This document shows, in pieces, positions 55,663-63,972 of a DNA stretch of 64,000 nt. The translations under genes were made by a program, and so were the position numbers. The notes beneath the pieces are model-generated. The model was not told the origin of the DNA. It made no database searches and saw only the letters and a list, made by a program, of their open reading frames with translations. Within the stretch, counting starts at the first letter, position 1. Each line of letters begins with the position of its first letter. Origin of the DNA: Candidatus Uhrbacteria bacterium. Lineage in GTDB: Bacteria > Patescibacteriota > Patescibacteriia > UBA9934 > GWF2-40-263. The DNA is taken from positions 87,493 to 151,492 of the forward strand of contig JBAXQK010000002.1 in the NCBI GenBank assembly GCA_037131775.1, in the 5' to 3' direction.

Positions 55663-57285
55663 TCAGTATCCAATCAGCATTTCCACCCGCTCCTTCCCAA
55701 GCGCCCAGATGAACGTCGACAACCTCGGCCCGGTATCCTTCCCGATCAGCAGCTGGTACAGCGCCTTGAAAAAATCGCGCTGCGCCGCCTTGAGTTCCTT
55801 GTCCGCCAGGCCGTCGACCTTCGGGATCGCGTACAGCTTTTCCTCGAGCGTCTCAATCGTGAGCGTCTCGAAGTCCGACGCGCGAACGAACTCGGCGAAC
55901 GCGGAGACGAATCCCTTTGCCCGCTCGTCCATCGTCGCCGCGTACTCGGCGTTCGGCGCGTCGCGTACCACGATCATCTCTCCCGGGTTGTATTCCTCGA
56001 GCCAAGCCTTCGCCTTTCCGATGCGCTCGACGACGGATTCGGCGTCGAACCCGAGGCTCATCTTCTCGACCATCGCGAGGATCTTTTCCATGTCCCACTG
56101 CATAATCTGCCCAAGCGACACGGCCTGGCGGAACGGGATCGGATTCTTGGTCGCGTCGACGGCTTTCATTGCGCGGTCGTACTCGTCGTACTGGCGGATC
56201 ACCTCGCTGTCGAACGCCAGGTCGAACGGCTGGTGCGGATTCTTGCGCGTGTACAGCCACTTGAGCAGGTCCGGCGCGTATATGCGCAGCAGCTGGCCCG
56301 GCGTGATGGCGTCGCCCTTCGACCCCGACATCTTGCCGTCCATCCCGCGAATCCCGATGAACTGGTACCCCACGAACACCGGCGGCTCCACGCCGAATAC
56401 CTCGCGGGCGATGACGCTCGACGTGTCATAGCTCCCGCCCGGCGACGCATGGTCGTGTCCGCCCGGCTCGAAGACGACCCCCTCCTCGCCCCACCGCATC
56501 GGCCAGTCGACCTTCCATGACAGCTTCGCGACGTGGTCCTTGCGCAGGTCTACCGTCTCCGTCTGGTGCGTGTCGAGGCACTCGTACGTGATCGTCGAGT
56601 CACCGTCGTACGAGGTCACGCGCGTATTGTCGCGACCGGTAAATCGAGAATACACCGAGATCGGATAGTACGACGCCGCGTACTCGTTCTCGTCGATGCT
56701 CTTCGCGGCCTTTCCTTTGTCCGACATCGACACGAGCAGGATCCGCGCGATCTTCTCGCGCGAGCGCAGCGCCTTCACGATCATCTCGTCGTACCGTCCC
56801 GACGCGTACTCGGCAGACTGGTAGCGATATTCCAGCTCGATCCCCATCTCCCGCATCGATTCCTCGAACGCCACCTCGAGCGACCGCGCGTACGACGATT
56901 CCCTTCCGGCAGGATCCGGCACCGCGGTCAGCGGCATCCCGATATATTTCGAAAACGACGGGTCCACGTTCGACGGAATCTTGCGCAGCCGGTCGAAGTC
57001 ATCCCACGAGAACAGCAGCCGCGTCTTCTTCCCGCGCCGTTGAAGTTCCCGCAAAAAGACAAGCGACGTCATCACGTCCCGAAAGTTTCCGAAATGGACG
57101 GTTCCGGACGGGCTGATTCCCGCTGCGCAGGTGTAGACGTCCTCGCTCGGGAACACCTTGAGGATCTTGTCGACCACTTCCCCGACCCACTCGGCCTGGG
57201 ACATCGTATCGACGCGGTTGCCAGGCTCGGCGGCGACGGGACGCTCGGGTTGCGGAGGAAGGTCGTGAGGATGCTTCGGATCCAT
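55663..57285 (-). CDS. lysS: Class I lysyl-tRNA synthetase (archaeal-type LysK)
   Basis: GISPSGTVHFGN (HIGH-region variant), GKMSGSKGD (KMSKS); 540 aa. Confidence 0.85.
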   Translation of the reverse strand: MDPKHPHDLPPQPERPVAAEPGNRVDTMSQAEWVGEVVDKILKVFPSEDVYTCAAGISPSGTVHFGNFRDVMTSLVFLRELQRRGKKTRLLFSWDDFDRLRKIPSNVDPSFSKYIGMPLTAVPDPAGRESSYARSLEVAFEESMREMGIELEYRYQSAEYASGRYDEMIVKALRSREKIARILLVSMSDKGKAAKSIDENEYAASYYPISVYSRFTGRDNTRVTSYDGDSTITYECLDTHQTETVDLRKDHVAKLSWKVDWPMRWGEEGVVFEPGGHDHASPGGSYDTSSVIAREVFGVEPPVFVGYQFIGIRGMDGKMSGSKGDAITPGQLLRIYAPDLLKWLYTRKNPHQPFDLAFDSEVIRQYDEYDRAMKAVDATKNPIPFRQAVSLGQIMQWDMEKILAMVEKMSLGFDAESVVERIGKAKAWLEEYNPGEMIVVRDAPNAEYAATMDERAKGFVSAFAEFVRASDFETLTIETLEEKLYAIPKVDGLADKELKAAQRDFFKALYQLLIGKDTGPRLSTFIWALGKERVEMLIGY

Positions 57286-57369
57286 AATGGCGGGTCAGGG
57301 ATTGTTAGGCCGTTTCGACGAATGGGGAAAGTGTACATGCCCGGGCGCCGTCCGGCAACGAAAAACCGC

Positions 57370-57415
57370 GCCGAAGGCCAGCGAGGCTTTCGGCGCGGCA
57401 GAAGCTGTCGCGCGC
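57370..57415 (-). terminator. Rho-independent terminator (minus strand)
   Basis: CCGCGCCGAAAG...CTTCGGCGCGG stem followed by TTTTTCGTTG on the minus strand. Confidence 0.4.
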
Positions 57416-57419
57416 TCGG

Positions 57420-57698
57420 TCAGTTGGAGGCGAGGAGGTTGAGCTCCGTCGCGACCGCGGGATCGAGGTTGTAGTTGGTGTCGTAGGCGCCGTCGTCGGT
57501 AAGGACGAGGAAGAAGCCGGACACCGGCGCCTTCAGCACGCGGGGGTGCTCGCCCTTGATCTCGGACCACCCGTGCGCCGTACGCAAGGTGTGGCTCTGG
57601 AGACCCCAGGCCTGGACGTTCTCCCAGGCGGTGTCAACCATCAGACCGGCAAAGGCGGCAAAGACGCAGAGGACAAACAGGTTCGAAAGGACACGCAT
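57420..57698 (-). CDS. Small secreted hypothetical protein
   Basis: Signal peptide MRVLSNLFVLCVFAAFAGLMV; about 92 aa; ORF track extends to 57764. Confidence 0.4.
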   Translation of the reverse strand: MRVLSNLFVLCVFAAFAGLMVDTAWENVQAWGLQSHTLRTAHGWSEIKGEHPRVLKAPVSGFFLVLTDDGAYDTNYNLDPAVATELNLLASN

Positions 57699-57828
57699 GG
57701 TGGCCTCCTTTGGATAGGGGGGATCAACAAGATTCTGTGGTTCAGCGGAGGGGTAGGATATCATAAAAATGGGGTTTTGTCAATGGATTCGCCTATTTCC
57801 GAATAAAAAGAACGCCTATGAGTAGGCG

Positions 57829-58515
57829 TCAGGTTGCTTGCGTCCTGAGATCCGCGACCACGGCCGCGCAGTGGGTGAGCTTGGATTGGTCGCAGGCGGC
57901 GAGGAGCTTGTGGAGCGCGGAGTGCGGATCGTCGTCCCCCGACGAGATCGATTGGATCGCGACCTGTCCCTCGGGACCGGTGAGCGCGGACCAGACGCGG
58001 GTCGTGGCAATGAGCAGGAACGCGGCGCTCGGGTCGCGCCTCGTCACCGCGATGTCGGCTTCGCAGGTCGTCGACGACGAGAGCCCCCTGCCGATCGCGT
58101 GGCTGCGACGAAGCTCGCTTCGCTCGGCCCCGCGGATCAGATCGTCGCACCGCCCGTCGCCGACGATCGACGCCCGCGAGTTGCCGACGTGCGCCGCAAC
58201 GACCAGTTCGTTGGTGACGTGAGCAAGCGCGAGCGTCATCCCTCCCGGCCCGATGTGCCGAATCCGTCCGTCCAGATCGAGCAGGGTTTTTCGAATGGCC
58301 TCGTGCGGTTCCATGGCGGAATATCCGTGGAATCGCAGAAGGTACGGAAGTTCGCTCTCCACCTCCTCCGCAATCTTCGTCCGGACCGTCCCGTGTCCCT
58401 CGCACACGACGACCAGCCCGCCGTCGCACCAGTCCTCGGACACAAGGATCCGATGCCCCGTATCCGCCCCGTCCTCGGAAAAGAACGCCGCCCATCCGGG
58501 CCCGTCAAAATTCAT
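57829..58515 (-). CDS. PP2C-family Ser/Thr protein phosphatase
   Basis: FFSEDGADTGHRILVSED...VVCEGHGT, AAHVGNSRASIVGDG (vGDSRayl). Confidence 0.7.
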   Translation of the reverse strand: MNFDGPGWAAFFSEDGADTGHRILVSEDWCDGGLVVVCEGHGTVRTKIAEEVESELPYLLRFHGYSAMEPHEAIRKTLLDLDGRIRHIGPGGMTLALAHVTNELVVAAHVGNSRASIVGDGRCDDLIRGAERSELRRSHAIGRGLSSSTTCEADIAVTRRDPSAAFLLIATTRVWSALTGPEGQVAIQSISSGDDDPHSALHKLLAACDQSKLTHCAAVVADLRTQAT

Positions 58516-58561
58516 TGGTTTCTCCGCGTGGAACCGGATGGTACCAGAATGGGGAGAGGCG

Positions 58562-58918
58562 TCAACGGAACAGGAATGGCGGACGGACGATCAAAAGAAA
58601 AAGCCTCCCGATTGGGAGGCATAAGGTCAGGCGGCCAGGACCGACTCGAGTGCGCGGAGGGTGGTCCTTCGTTCCCGTCACGACCTGCTTGTCTCCGACC
58701 CGCTCCTTGGTCTCTTCGACCCAGCCTTTCCGGAGCGAGACGATCTGGAACGCGCCCCGAACACGGAGCGGAGGACAGGCCACGTACCCGGACCCGTCGT
58801 TGAATGCCGCGACGGCCTGCTCCCGCGTGAGGTGCGGGCACAGCTTGGCCATGTCGTCCTCCGTGGGGTTGACGATGGGAAGAAGGCCGAGAATCTGACG
58901 ATAGGCTGAAACGTCCAT
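58562..58918 (-). CDS. Hypothetical protein
   Basis: 118-aa ORF; N-terminal 80 aa look protein-like, tail low complexity. Confidence 0.3.
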   Translation of the reverse strand: MDVSAYRQILGLLPIVNPTEDDMAKLCPHLTREQAVAAFNDGSGYVACPPLRVRGAFQIVSLRKGWVEETKERVGDKQVVTGTKDHPPRTRVGPGRLTLCLPIGRLFLLIVRPPFLFR

Positions 58919-59015
58919 TGAGGACTCCGTTGTTGATTGTTGTGAGATGACGAAGAGGGCCCGCCCAGATATCTCTGGATCTGACGGAAAAGAATGATAT
59001 CACAAAAATGGCTCT

Positions 59016-59040
59016 TTGTCAATGCAAAAACCGCCTTTTT
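59016..59040. terminator. Bidirectional hairpin terminator
   Basis: AAAAACCGCC-TTTTT-GGCGGTTTTT. Confidence 0.5.
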
Positions 59041-59066
59041 GGCGGTTTTTGAAGGATATTTCGATT

Positions 59067-59990
59067 CTATTCCTTGCTCGCAAGCCACCGCTCCGCGTCG
59101 ATCGCGGCCATGCAGCCCGTTCCGGCGGCGGTAATTGCCTGGCGGTAGTAGTGGTCCGCGACGTCGCCGGCGGCGAAGACGCCCTCGACGTTCGTGCGCG
59201 TCGACCCGGGCTGCGTCACGAGGTAGCCGCCCTTGTCCATGTCGAGCTTGCCGACGAACAGCTCGGTGTTCGGCTTGTGCCCAATGGCGACGAACACGCC
59301 TTCCGTGGCGAAGTCCGTCATCTCATTCGTCTGATTGTTGAAAAGTTTCACTCCGGTGACGCGCGTACCGTCGCCGACGATCTCCTTGACCTCCGAGTTC
59401 CAGACAAAGGAGATCTTCGGGTTTGCCTTTGCGCGCTCCTGCATGATCTTCGACGCCTTCAGGACGTCCTTTCGCACGATCACCGTCACCGTCTCCGCAA
59501 ACCTCGTCAGGAAGTTCGTCTCCTCCATCGCGCTGTCGCCGCCGCCGACGACGATGATCTTCTTGTTCTTAAAGAAGAACCCGTCGCACGTGGCGCACGC
59601 CGAGACGCCGCGGCCGCCGTATTCCTTTTCTCCCGGCACGCCGATCCACATGGCGGTCGCTCCCGTCGAAACGATCACCGCATCGGACGAATAGGTCGAC
59701 GTCGACGTGATCACGACGAACGGGCGCACGGAAAAGTCCACGGCCGTCACGTTCTCGGCCAGGATCCGCGTGCCGAACCGCTCGCTCTGCTTCTTGAACA
59801 GCTCCATCATTTCCGGGCCCATAAGCCCGCCCGGGAATCCCGGAAAGTTCTCTACCTCTGTCGTCATCATCAGCTGCCCGCCCGGGGTCGAACCTTCGAA
59901 CATCAAAGGCTTCAGCTCCGCGCGTGCGGCATAGATCGCGGCCGTGTGACCGGCCGGGCCGGAACCGATGATAATGAGCTTTTCTTGCAT
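59067..59990 (-). CDS. trxB: Thioredoxin reductase
   Basis: MQEKLIIIGSGPAGHTAA..., CATCDG redox motif, 307 aa. Confidence 0.95.
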   Translation of the reverse strand: MQEKLIIIGSGPAGHTAAIYAARAELKPLMFEGSTPGGQLMMTTEVENFPGFPGGLMGPEMMELFKKQSERFGTRILAENVTAVDFSVRPFVVITSTSTYSSDAVIVSTGATAMWIGVPGEKEYGGRGVSACATCDGFFFKNKKIIVVGGGDSAMEETNFLTRFAETVTVIVRKDVLKASKIMQERAKANPKISFVWNSEVKEIVGDGTRVTGVKLFNNQTNEMTDFATEGVFVAIGHKPNTELFVGKLDMDKGGYLVTQPGSTRTNVEGVFAAGDVADHYYRQAITAAGTGCMAAIDAERWLASKE

Positions 59991-60001
59991 ACACTCGAAC
60001 G

Positions 60002-60080
60002 ATTAGGCGTAAGGCTGAAAGGCAAAAGGCTTAAGGCGATAAGGCAATACCCTTATGCCTTAAGCCTTTCAGCCTTACGC
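60002..60080. repeat. xxxAAGG/CCTTxxx module palindrome (family 3), copy 2
   Basis: ATTAGGCGTAAGGCTGAAAGGCAAAAGGCTTAAGGCGATAAGGCAATACCCTTATGCCTTAAGCCTTTCAGCCTTACGCCT; long imperfect hairpin between trxB start and trxA stop. Confidence 0.65.
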
Positions 60081-60092
60081 CTCACGGCACGC

Positions 60093-60404
60093 TTATGCGT
60101 GCTTCTCGATCTTGGCGCGAAGCGCCTCCTTCGTCATCGATCCCGAAAATTGGTCGACCACCTGGCCGCCCTTGAAGATCAGGAACGTGGGGATCGACAG
60201 GATGTTGTAGCGCTGGGCGATGTCGGAGTGGTCGTCGACGTTCACCTTGGCGAACACGACTTCCGTCATCTCGGCCGCGAGCTCTTCCATGACCGGGGCC
60301 ATCAGCTTGCACGGACCGCACCACGGGGCCCAAAAATCCACGAGCACGAGGTCCGAGGAGGCAAGGACGGAGGCGTCGAAGTTCGATGATGTGAGTTCTA
60401 ACAT
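60093..60404 (-). CDS. trxA: Thioredoxin
   Basis: MLELTSSNFDASV...DFWAPWCGPCKLMAP; ORF-track N-terminal extension is read-through of a tandem repeat. Confidence 0.9.
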   Translation of the reverse strand: MLELTSSNFDASVLASSDLVLVDFWAPWCGPCKLMAPVMEELAAEMTEVVFAKVNVDDHSDIAQRYNILSIPTFLIFKGGQVVDQFSGSMTKEALRAKIEKHA

Positions 60405-60500
60405 AGTGGTTGAGTGATGAAGTGATTGAGTGATTGAGTGATGGAGGATTAAGCCGCAAAGCCACTCCACGACTTCACCACTCCATCACTCCGTCACTTC
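60405..60500. repeat. Tandem heptamer (GAGTGAT/T)n followed by its imperfect inverted complement (CACTCCA...)
   Basis: GTTGAGTGATGAAGTGATTGAGTGATTGAGTGATGGAGG ... CCACTCCACGACTTCACCACTCCATCACTCCGTCACTTC between infB stop and trxA start. Confidence 0.5.
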
Positions 60501-60501
60501 T

Positions 60502-62541
60502 TTACCGCAGATCAATTCCTTCGATGTTGAGAATGCGCGTCTTGGATTCCTCGTAGTACGTTTCCAGGATGTCGCCGACTTCGATCTTGGCCTTGCCCTG
60601 ATACTCGATGCCGCACTCGGAGCCGCCGTTCACTTCCTTCACGGACTGCTTGCCGTACTGCAACTTCACGATCTCCCCCTCGCCGATGACTTCCGGCTCG
60701 CCGGTGACCGGGGACATGCGCATCGCGCGCAGCTTGCATCCGACGCGAATCTTCTCGCCCAGGATCTTGCCGCCGATGACGCCGCCCTTGTCGAGCTTCT
60801 TGAACACCGCGAGCACCTCGATCTTTCCGGTCTCGGTGATGATCTGCTCGTTCGGAAGCATCTTCTGCAGGCGCGCGAGGATGTCCTCGAACAGCTTATA
60901 GATGACCTCGAACTGGAGGATCTCCACGTTCTTATCGCGGCCGTGCGAGGCGGCGCTGGCGGTCGGCTTCACGTCAAAGGCATACACGATGGAGTGCGTC
61001 GCCTCGGCCTTGTCCACGTCCACGTCGGTGATGTTTCCGAGACCCTTCGCGACCACTTCGACGCCGACCAGGTCGTGCTTCACCTTCTCAAGCATGCCGA
61101 GCACCGCCTCGAGCGAACCGAGCACGTCGGCGCGCAGGATGATGTTGAGCAATTTTTTGCCTTCCTTGTTCTCCGGCTTGGAAATCGTCGAGACGGTGGA
61201 TTCCACGGCCGACGTCACCGGCTTGCGCATGCGCGCCAGGGCCTTCTCGTCCTCCGGAACCTCGATCACGTCTCCCACCGCCGGGGCGACTTTAAATCCA
61301 AGAATCTTCACCGGCATGCTGGGCGCCGCGTCCTTCACGATCTCGCCCTGCCAGTTCTTCATCATGCGCACGCGGCCGAACAGCGCGCCGCGAATGCCGA
61401 TGGTATCGCCCATGCGAAGCGTTCCGGCCTGGATGAGCGCCGTCGCGACCGGGCCTTCGCCCTTGTCGATGTGCGACTCGATGATCGTTCCGGCCGCGCG
61501 GCGGTCCGGGTTTGCCACGATCTTGGCCTGTTCCATCTCGTTGACGAGAAGCAGCGCGTCCAAGAGCTCGTCCATCCCCTGCCCCGTCTTCGCGGACACC
61601 GGGATGATCATCGTCTTTCCACCCCACTCTTCCGGCAACAGGTTGAGCTCGGCGAGCTGTCCCTTCACGCGCTCCGGATTGGCATCGGGCTTGTCGATCT
61701 TGTTGAGCGCGACGACGTACGGAAGACCGGCGGCCTTGATGATGTCCACGGCCTCCTTGGTCTGCGGCTGCACGCCGTCGTCGGCGGCGACCACGAGAAT
61801 GGCGATGTCGGCGACCTTGGCTCCGCGCGAACGCATGACGGTAAACGCCTCGTGTCCAGGAGTGTCGATAAACGTAATCAGCTTCTCCTTGCGGACGACC
61901 TGGTACGCGCCGATGTGCTGCGTGATTCCTCCGGCCTCGGATTCCATCACGTTGGTGGTGCGGATCGAGTCGAGGATCTTCGTCTTTCCATGGTCGACGT
62001 GGCCCATCACCACGATGACCGGCGGACGTGCCTTCAGGTTCTCCTGCTTCTCGCCGGCGAACAGCGCCGTCAAACGCGACGCGCCCTCGTCATCCTTCGC
62101 GTCGTCGGCAGGCTTTCCAACCTGCGGCTCGGCCTTCACGCCGAGGTCGCCGGACACGATCGCGGCCGTTTCAAAATCGATGCGTTCGTTCAACGAGGCC
62201 AAGATGCCGTTCTTCATCAGTTCGCGCATCACCTTCGCCATCGGGATGTCGATGAGCGCCGCGAAGTCGCGCACGGTCATGACCGCCGGAAGCATGACGG
62301 TCCGAATGACCGCCGGAGCATCCCCAGCCTTCTGAGCCGCCCCGCGGTTCAATTGCTCGTCGCGAATCGCCCCCATTCGCTCACGTCGCTTCATTTCGGC
62401 CCATGCCGCAACAATGCGATTCGCGTCGCGATCGTTCACCTTCACGGAGTTGCGCCCATATCCCAAGCCCAACGTGGGAAGTTTCTCGCGCAGCTCATCG
62501 GTAGGAACCTTCAGTTTACGGGCGATTTCTGTAATGTTCAT
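60502..62541 (-). CDS. infB: Translation initiation factor IF-2
   Basis: 679 aa; G-domain [17 protein letters not shown]...DTPGH; C-terminal IF-2 domains. Confidence 0.97.
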   Translation of the reverse strand: MNITEIARKLKVPTDELREKLPTLGLGYGRNSVKVNDRDANRIVAAWAEMKRRERMGAIRDEQLNRGAAQKAGDAPAVIRTVMLPAVMTVRDFAALIDIPMAKVMRELMKNGILASLNERIDFETAAIVSGDLGVKAEPQVGKPADDAKDDEGASRLTALFAGEKQENLKARPPVIVVMGHVDHGKTKILDSIRTTNVMESEAGGITQHIGAYQVVRKEKLITFIDTPGHEAFTVMRSRGAKVADIAILVVAADDGVQPQTKEAVDIIKAAGLPYVVALNKIDKPDANPERVKGQLAELNLLPEEWGGKTMIIPVSAKTGQGMDELLDALLLVNEMEQAKIVANPDRRAAGTIIESHIDKGEGPVATALIQAGTLRMGDTIGIRGALFGRVRMMKNWQGEIVKDAAPSMPVKILGFKVAPAVGDVIEVPEDEKALARMRKPVTSAVESTVSTISKPENKEGKKLLNIILRADVLGSLEAVLGMLEKVKHDLVGVEVVAKGLGNITDVDVDKAEATHSIVYAFDVKPTASAASHGRDKNVEILQFEVIYKLFEDILARLQKMLPNEQIITETGKIEVLAVFKKLDKGGVIGGKILGEKIRVGCKLRAMRMSPVTGEPEVIGEGEIVKLQYGKQSVKEVNGGSECGIEYQGKAKIEVGDILETYYEESKTRILNIEGIDLR

Positions 62542-63557
62542 GCAGGGGGAGTATATCGGGATCGGGGGTTGGAGTCAATGGATTCGGAGACGCGGCGTGC
62601 CAGCCTTTGCCCGTTGCCATGTGCCAGGAGTCCTTGGTACGACGCAATGGCCAACTCTCCCGCGCCACCATTGATCGCGGCGAACATGCGCGCCTCCGTC
62701 GAATGTCGAAGAACTCGATGGTCCGGAAAGTGGACCCAACCTAGGAAATCAACGCCGGATGCGAACGTCCGGATCTCGACCTTGTCGGGATGGAGTTCAA
62801 GTTGGAGCTCGCGCGACAGGAAGTCGCGGATGCAGTCCAGGGCGACGACAAGGTAATCGCGATCGTGGAACAGTAATGCGAAGTCGTCGGCGTAACGAAC
62901 ATAGTGACGCACGCTCAAGCGACACTTCACGTACTGGTCGAGCGCATCCATATAGACGTTCGCAAACAACTGCGACGTCAGGTTGCCGAGCGGCAGCCCC
63001 TTGCCCGACTGGACATGAAAACTCCGCACGATCGTTTCCAGGAGCGCGACGGTGCGCGTGTCGGCGATCCGCCCGCCGACGATTCGCAAGAGGACGTCGT
63101 GATCGATGGACGCGAAGAACTTCCGAATGTCGCATTTCAAGACCCAAGCGGTTCTACGATGGTTGCGCGAAATTTGTCCCGCAAACATCCGAAACCGATC
63201 CATCGCCGCGTGCGTTCCCTTCTCGTCGCGGCAGGAAAACGAGTCCGAGATGAACGTCCGGTCGAAAGCGGGGTATAATTGCCGGTGGATGGCACGGTGC
63301 AGAACACGGTCCGCGACGGTCGCCTTGTGAATCTGCCTCGGCTTCGGGTCGGAGATGGCGAACGCACGGTACGGCCCGTGGCGGTACGTCCCGTTTGCCA
63401 GCCGTCGGTGAAGCTGAATCAGATTTCCCATCAGACCAAACGCAAACGCTTGCGTATCTTCCCTCCCGCGCTTCCCGATGACGAATTCTTCCCATGCGCC
63501 TAACAAATTCTCGAGCGAGATAATTTCCTCATAGCTATGCAAGTCCAACGTTCCCAT
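62538..63557 (-). CDS. Diversity-generating retroelement (DGR)-type reverse transcriptase
   Basis: RT motifs: RAFAISDPKPRQIHKATVADRVLHRA (1-2), GKGLPLGNLTSQLFANVYMD (motif 4 with the DGR-specific LGxxxSQ, compare Brt LPIGNLTSQ), YVRYADDFALL (YxDD); about 339 aa, no maturase/En domain; stop overlaps infB start (ATGA). Confidence 0.85.
   Translation of the reverse strand: MGTLDLHSYEEIISLENLLGAWEEFVIGKRGREDTQAFAFGLMGNLIQLHRRLANGTYRHGPYRAFAISDPKPRQIHKATVADRVLHRAIHRQLYPAFDRTFISDSFSCRDEKGTHAAMDRFRMFAGQISRNHRRTAWVLKCDIRKFFASIDHDVLLRIVGGRIADTRTVALLETIVRSFHVQSGKGLPLGNLTSQLFANVYMDALDQYVKCRLSVRHYVRYADDFALLFHDRDYLVVALDCIRDFLSRELQLELHPDKVEIRTFASGVDFLGWVHFPDHRVLRHSTEARMFAAINGGAGELAIASYQGLLAHGNGQRLARRVSESIDSNPRSRYTPPA
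62550..62578 (-). promoter_or_regulatory. Promoter candidate for infB embedded in the RT 3' end (TTGACT-17-TATACT, near-leaderless)
   Basis: Minus-strand GAATCCATTGACT...TATACT about 8 nt before the infB ATG; shares a GAATCCATTGACA-17-TATnnT motif with sites at about 15610, 25740, 40850, 57780 and 59010. Confidence 0.35.
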
Positions 63558-63972
63558 GCCAAAGATGCTACCCCCCCCCCGCAATTTCTTGCCAGTGCTC
63601 CAAAAGCTGAAGTCGGCCTACCTCGCCTGGTTTGACGACTACGCCAGGCTCCCAAAGGTCCACAGGTATTCCATCGGCACGCGCGTCGACAATCTGCTCG
63701 TGGAATGCATCGAGTCGGTAAGCGAGGCTGCGTTCACTCCGGGGATGGACAAGGCTCCGTGCATCCGCCTTGCCGCGCGAAAGCTCGACACGGTAAAGCT
63801 ATTCCTCATGATCCTGTGGGAAGCGCATTCGATCGACCAGGGCCGATACATTGAGCTTTCCGTTCGGTTCGACGAAATCGGCCAGAACCTCGGCGGGTGG
63901 CTCGGCAGCGTTCTCAAGCCGAAGCCGGAGCCGAAACAAAACTCCCCGGAGCCGGTGTCCGAGGAGAAATGA
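63556..63972 (+). CDS. Avd-like accessory variability determinant (four-helix-bundle protein), divergent from the RT
   Basis: LPKVHRYSIGTRVDNLLVECIES...RKLDTVKLFLMILWEAHSI...FDEIGQNLGGWLG parallels Bordetella phage Avd (IPRKHGVAREMFL...LAMLRFWLRF...AEVGRILGSWI); start ATG shares a CATG with the RT start. Confidence 0.7.
   Translation: MPKMLPPPRNFLPVLQKLKSAYLAWFDDYARLPKVHRYSIGTRVDNLLVECIESVSEAAFTPGMDKAPCIRLAARKLDTVKLFLMILWEAHSIDQGRYIELSVRFDEIGQNLGGWLGSVLKPKPEPKQNSPEPVSEEK
63571..63580. repeat. C10 homopolymeric tract inside the 5' end of the Avd-like ORF, upstream of the RT start
   Basis: cta-cccccccccc-gc read directly; encodes PPPR at residues 6-9. Confidence 0.9.

Larger units (their letters stand above)
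62538..63972. mobile_element. DGR core (RT plus Avd); TR/VR/target not located in the window
   Basis: See RT and Avd features. Confidence 0.6.

Noticed and set aside
63556-63972. Interpreting the Avd-like ORF as a 23S rRNA intervening-sequence protein unrelated to the RT
   Set aside because: No rRNA genes nearby; the immediate divergent juxtaposition with a DGR-type RT makes the Avd interpretation more parsimonious, though the two families are related.
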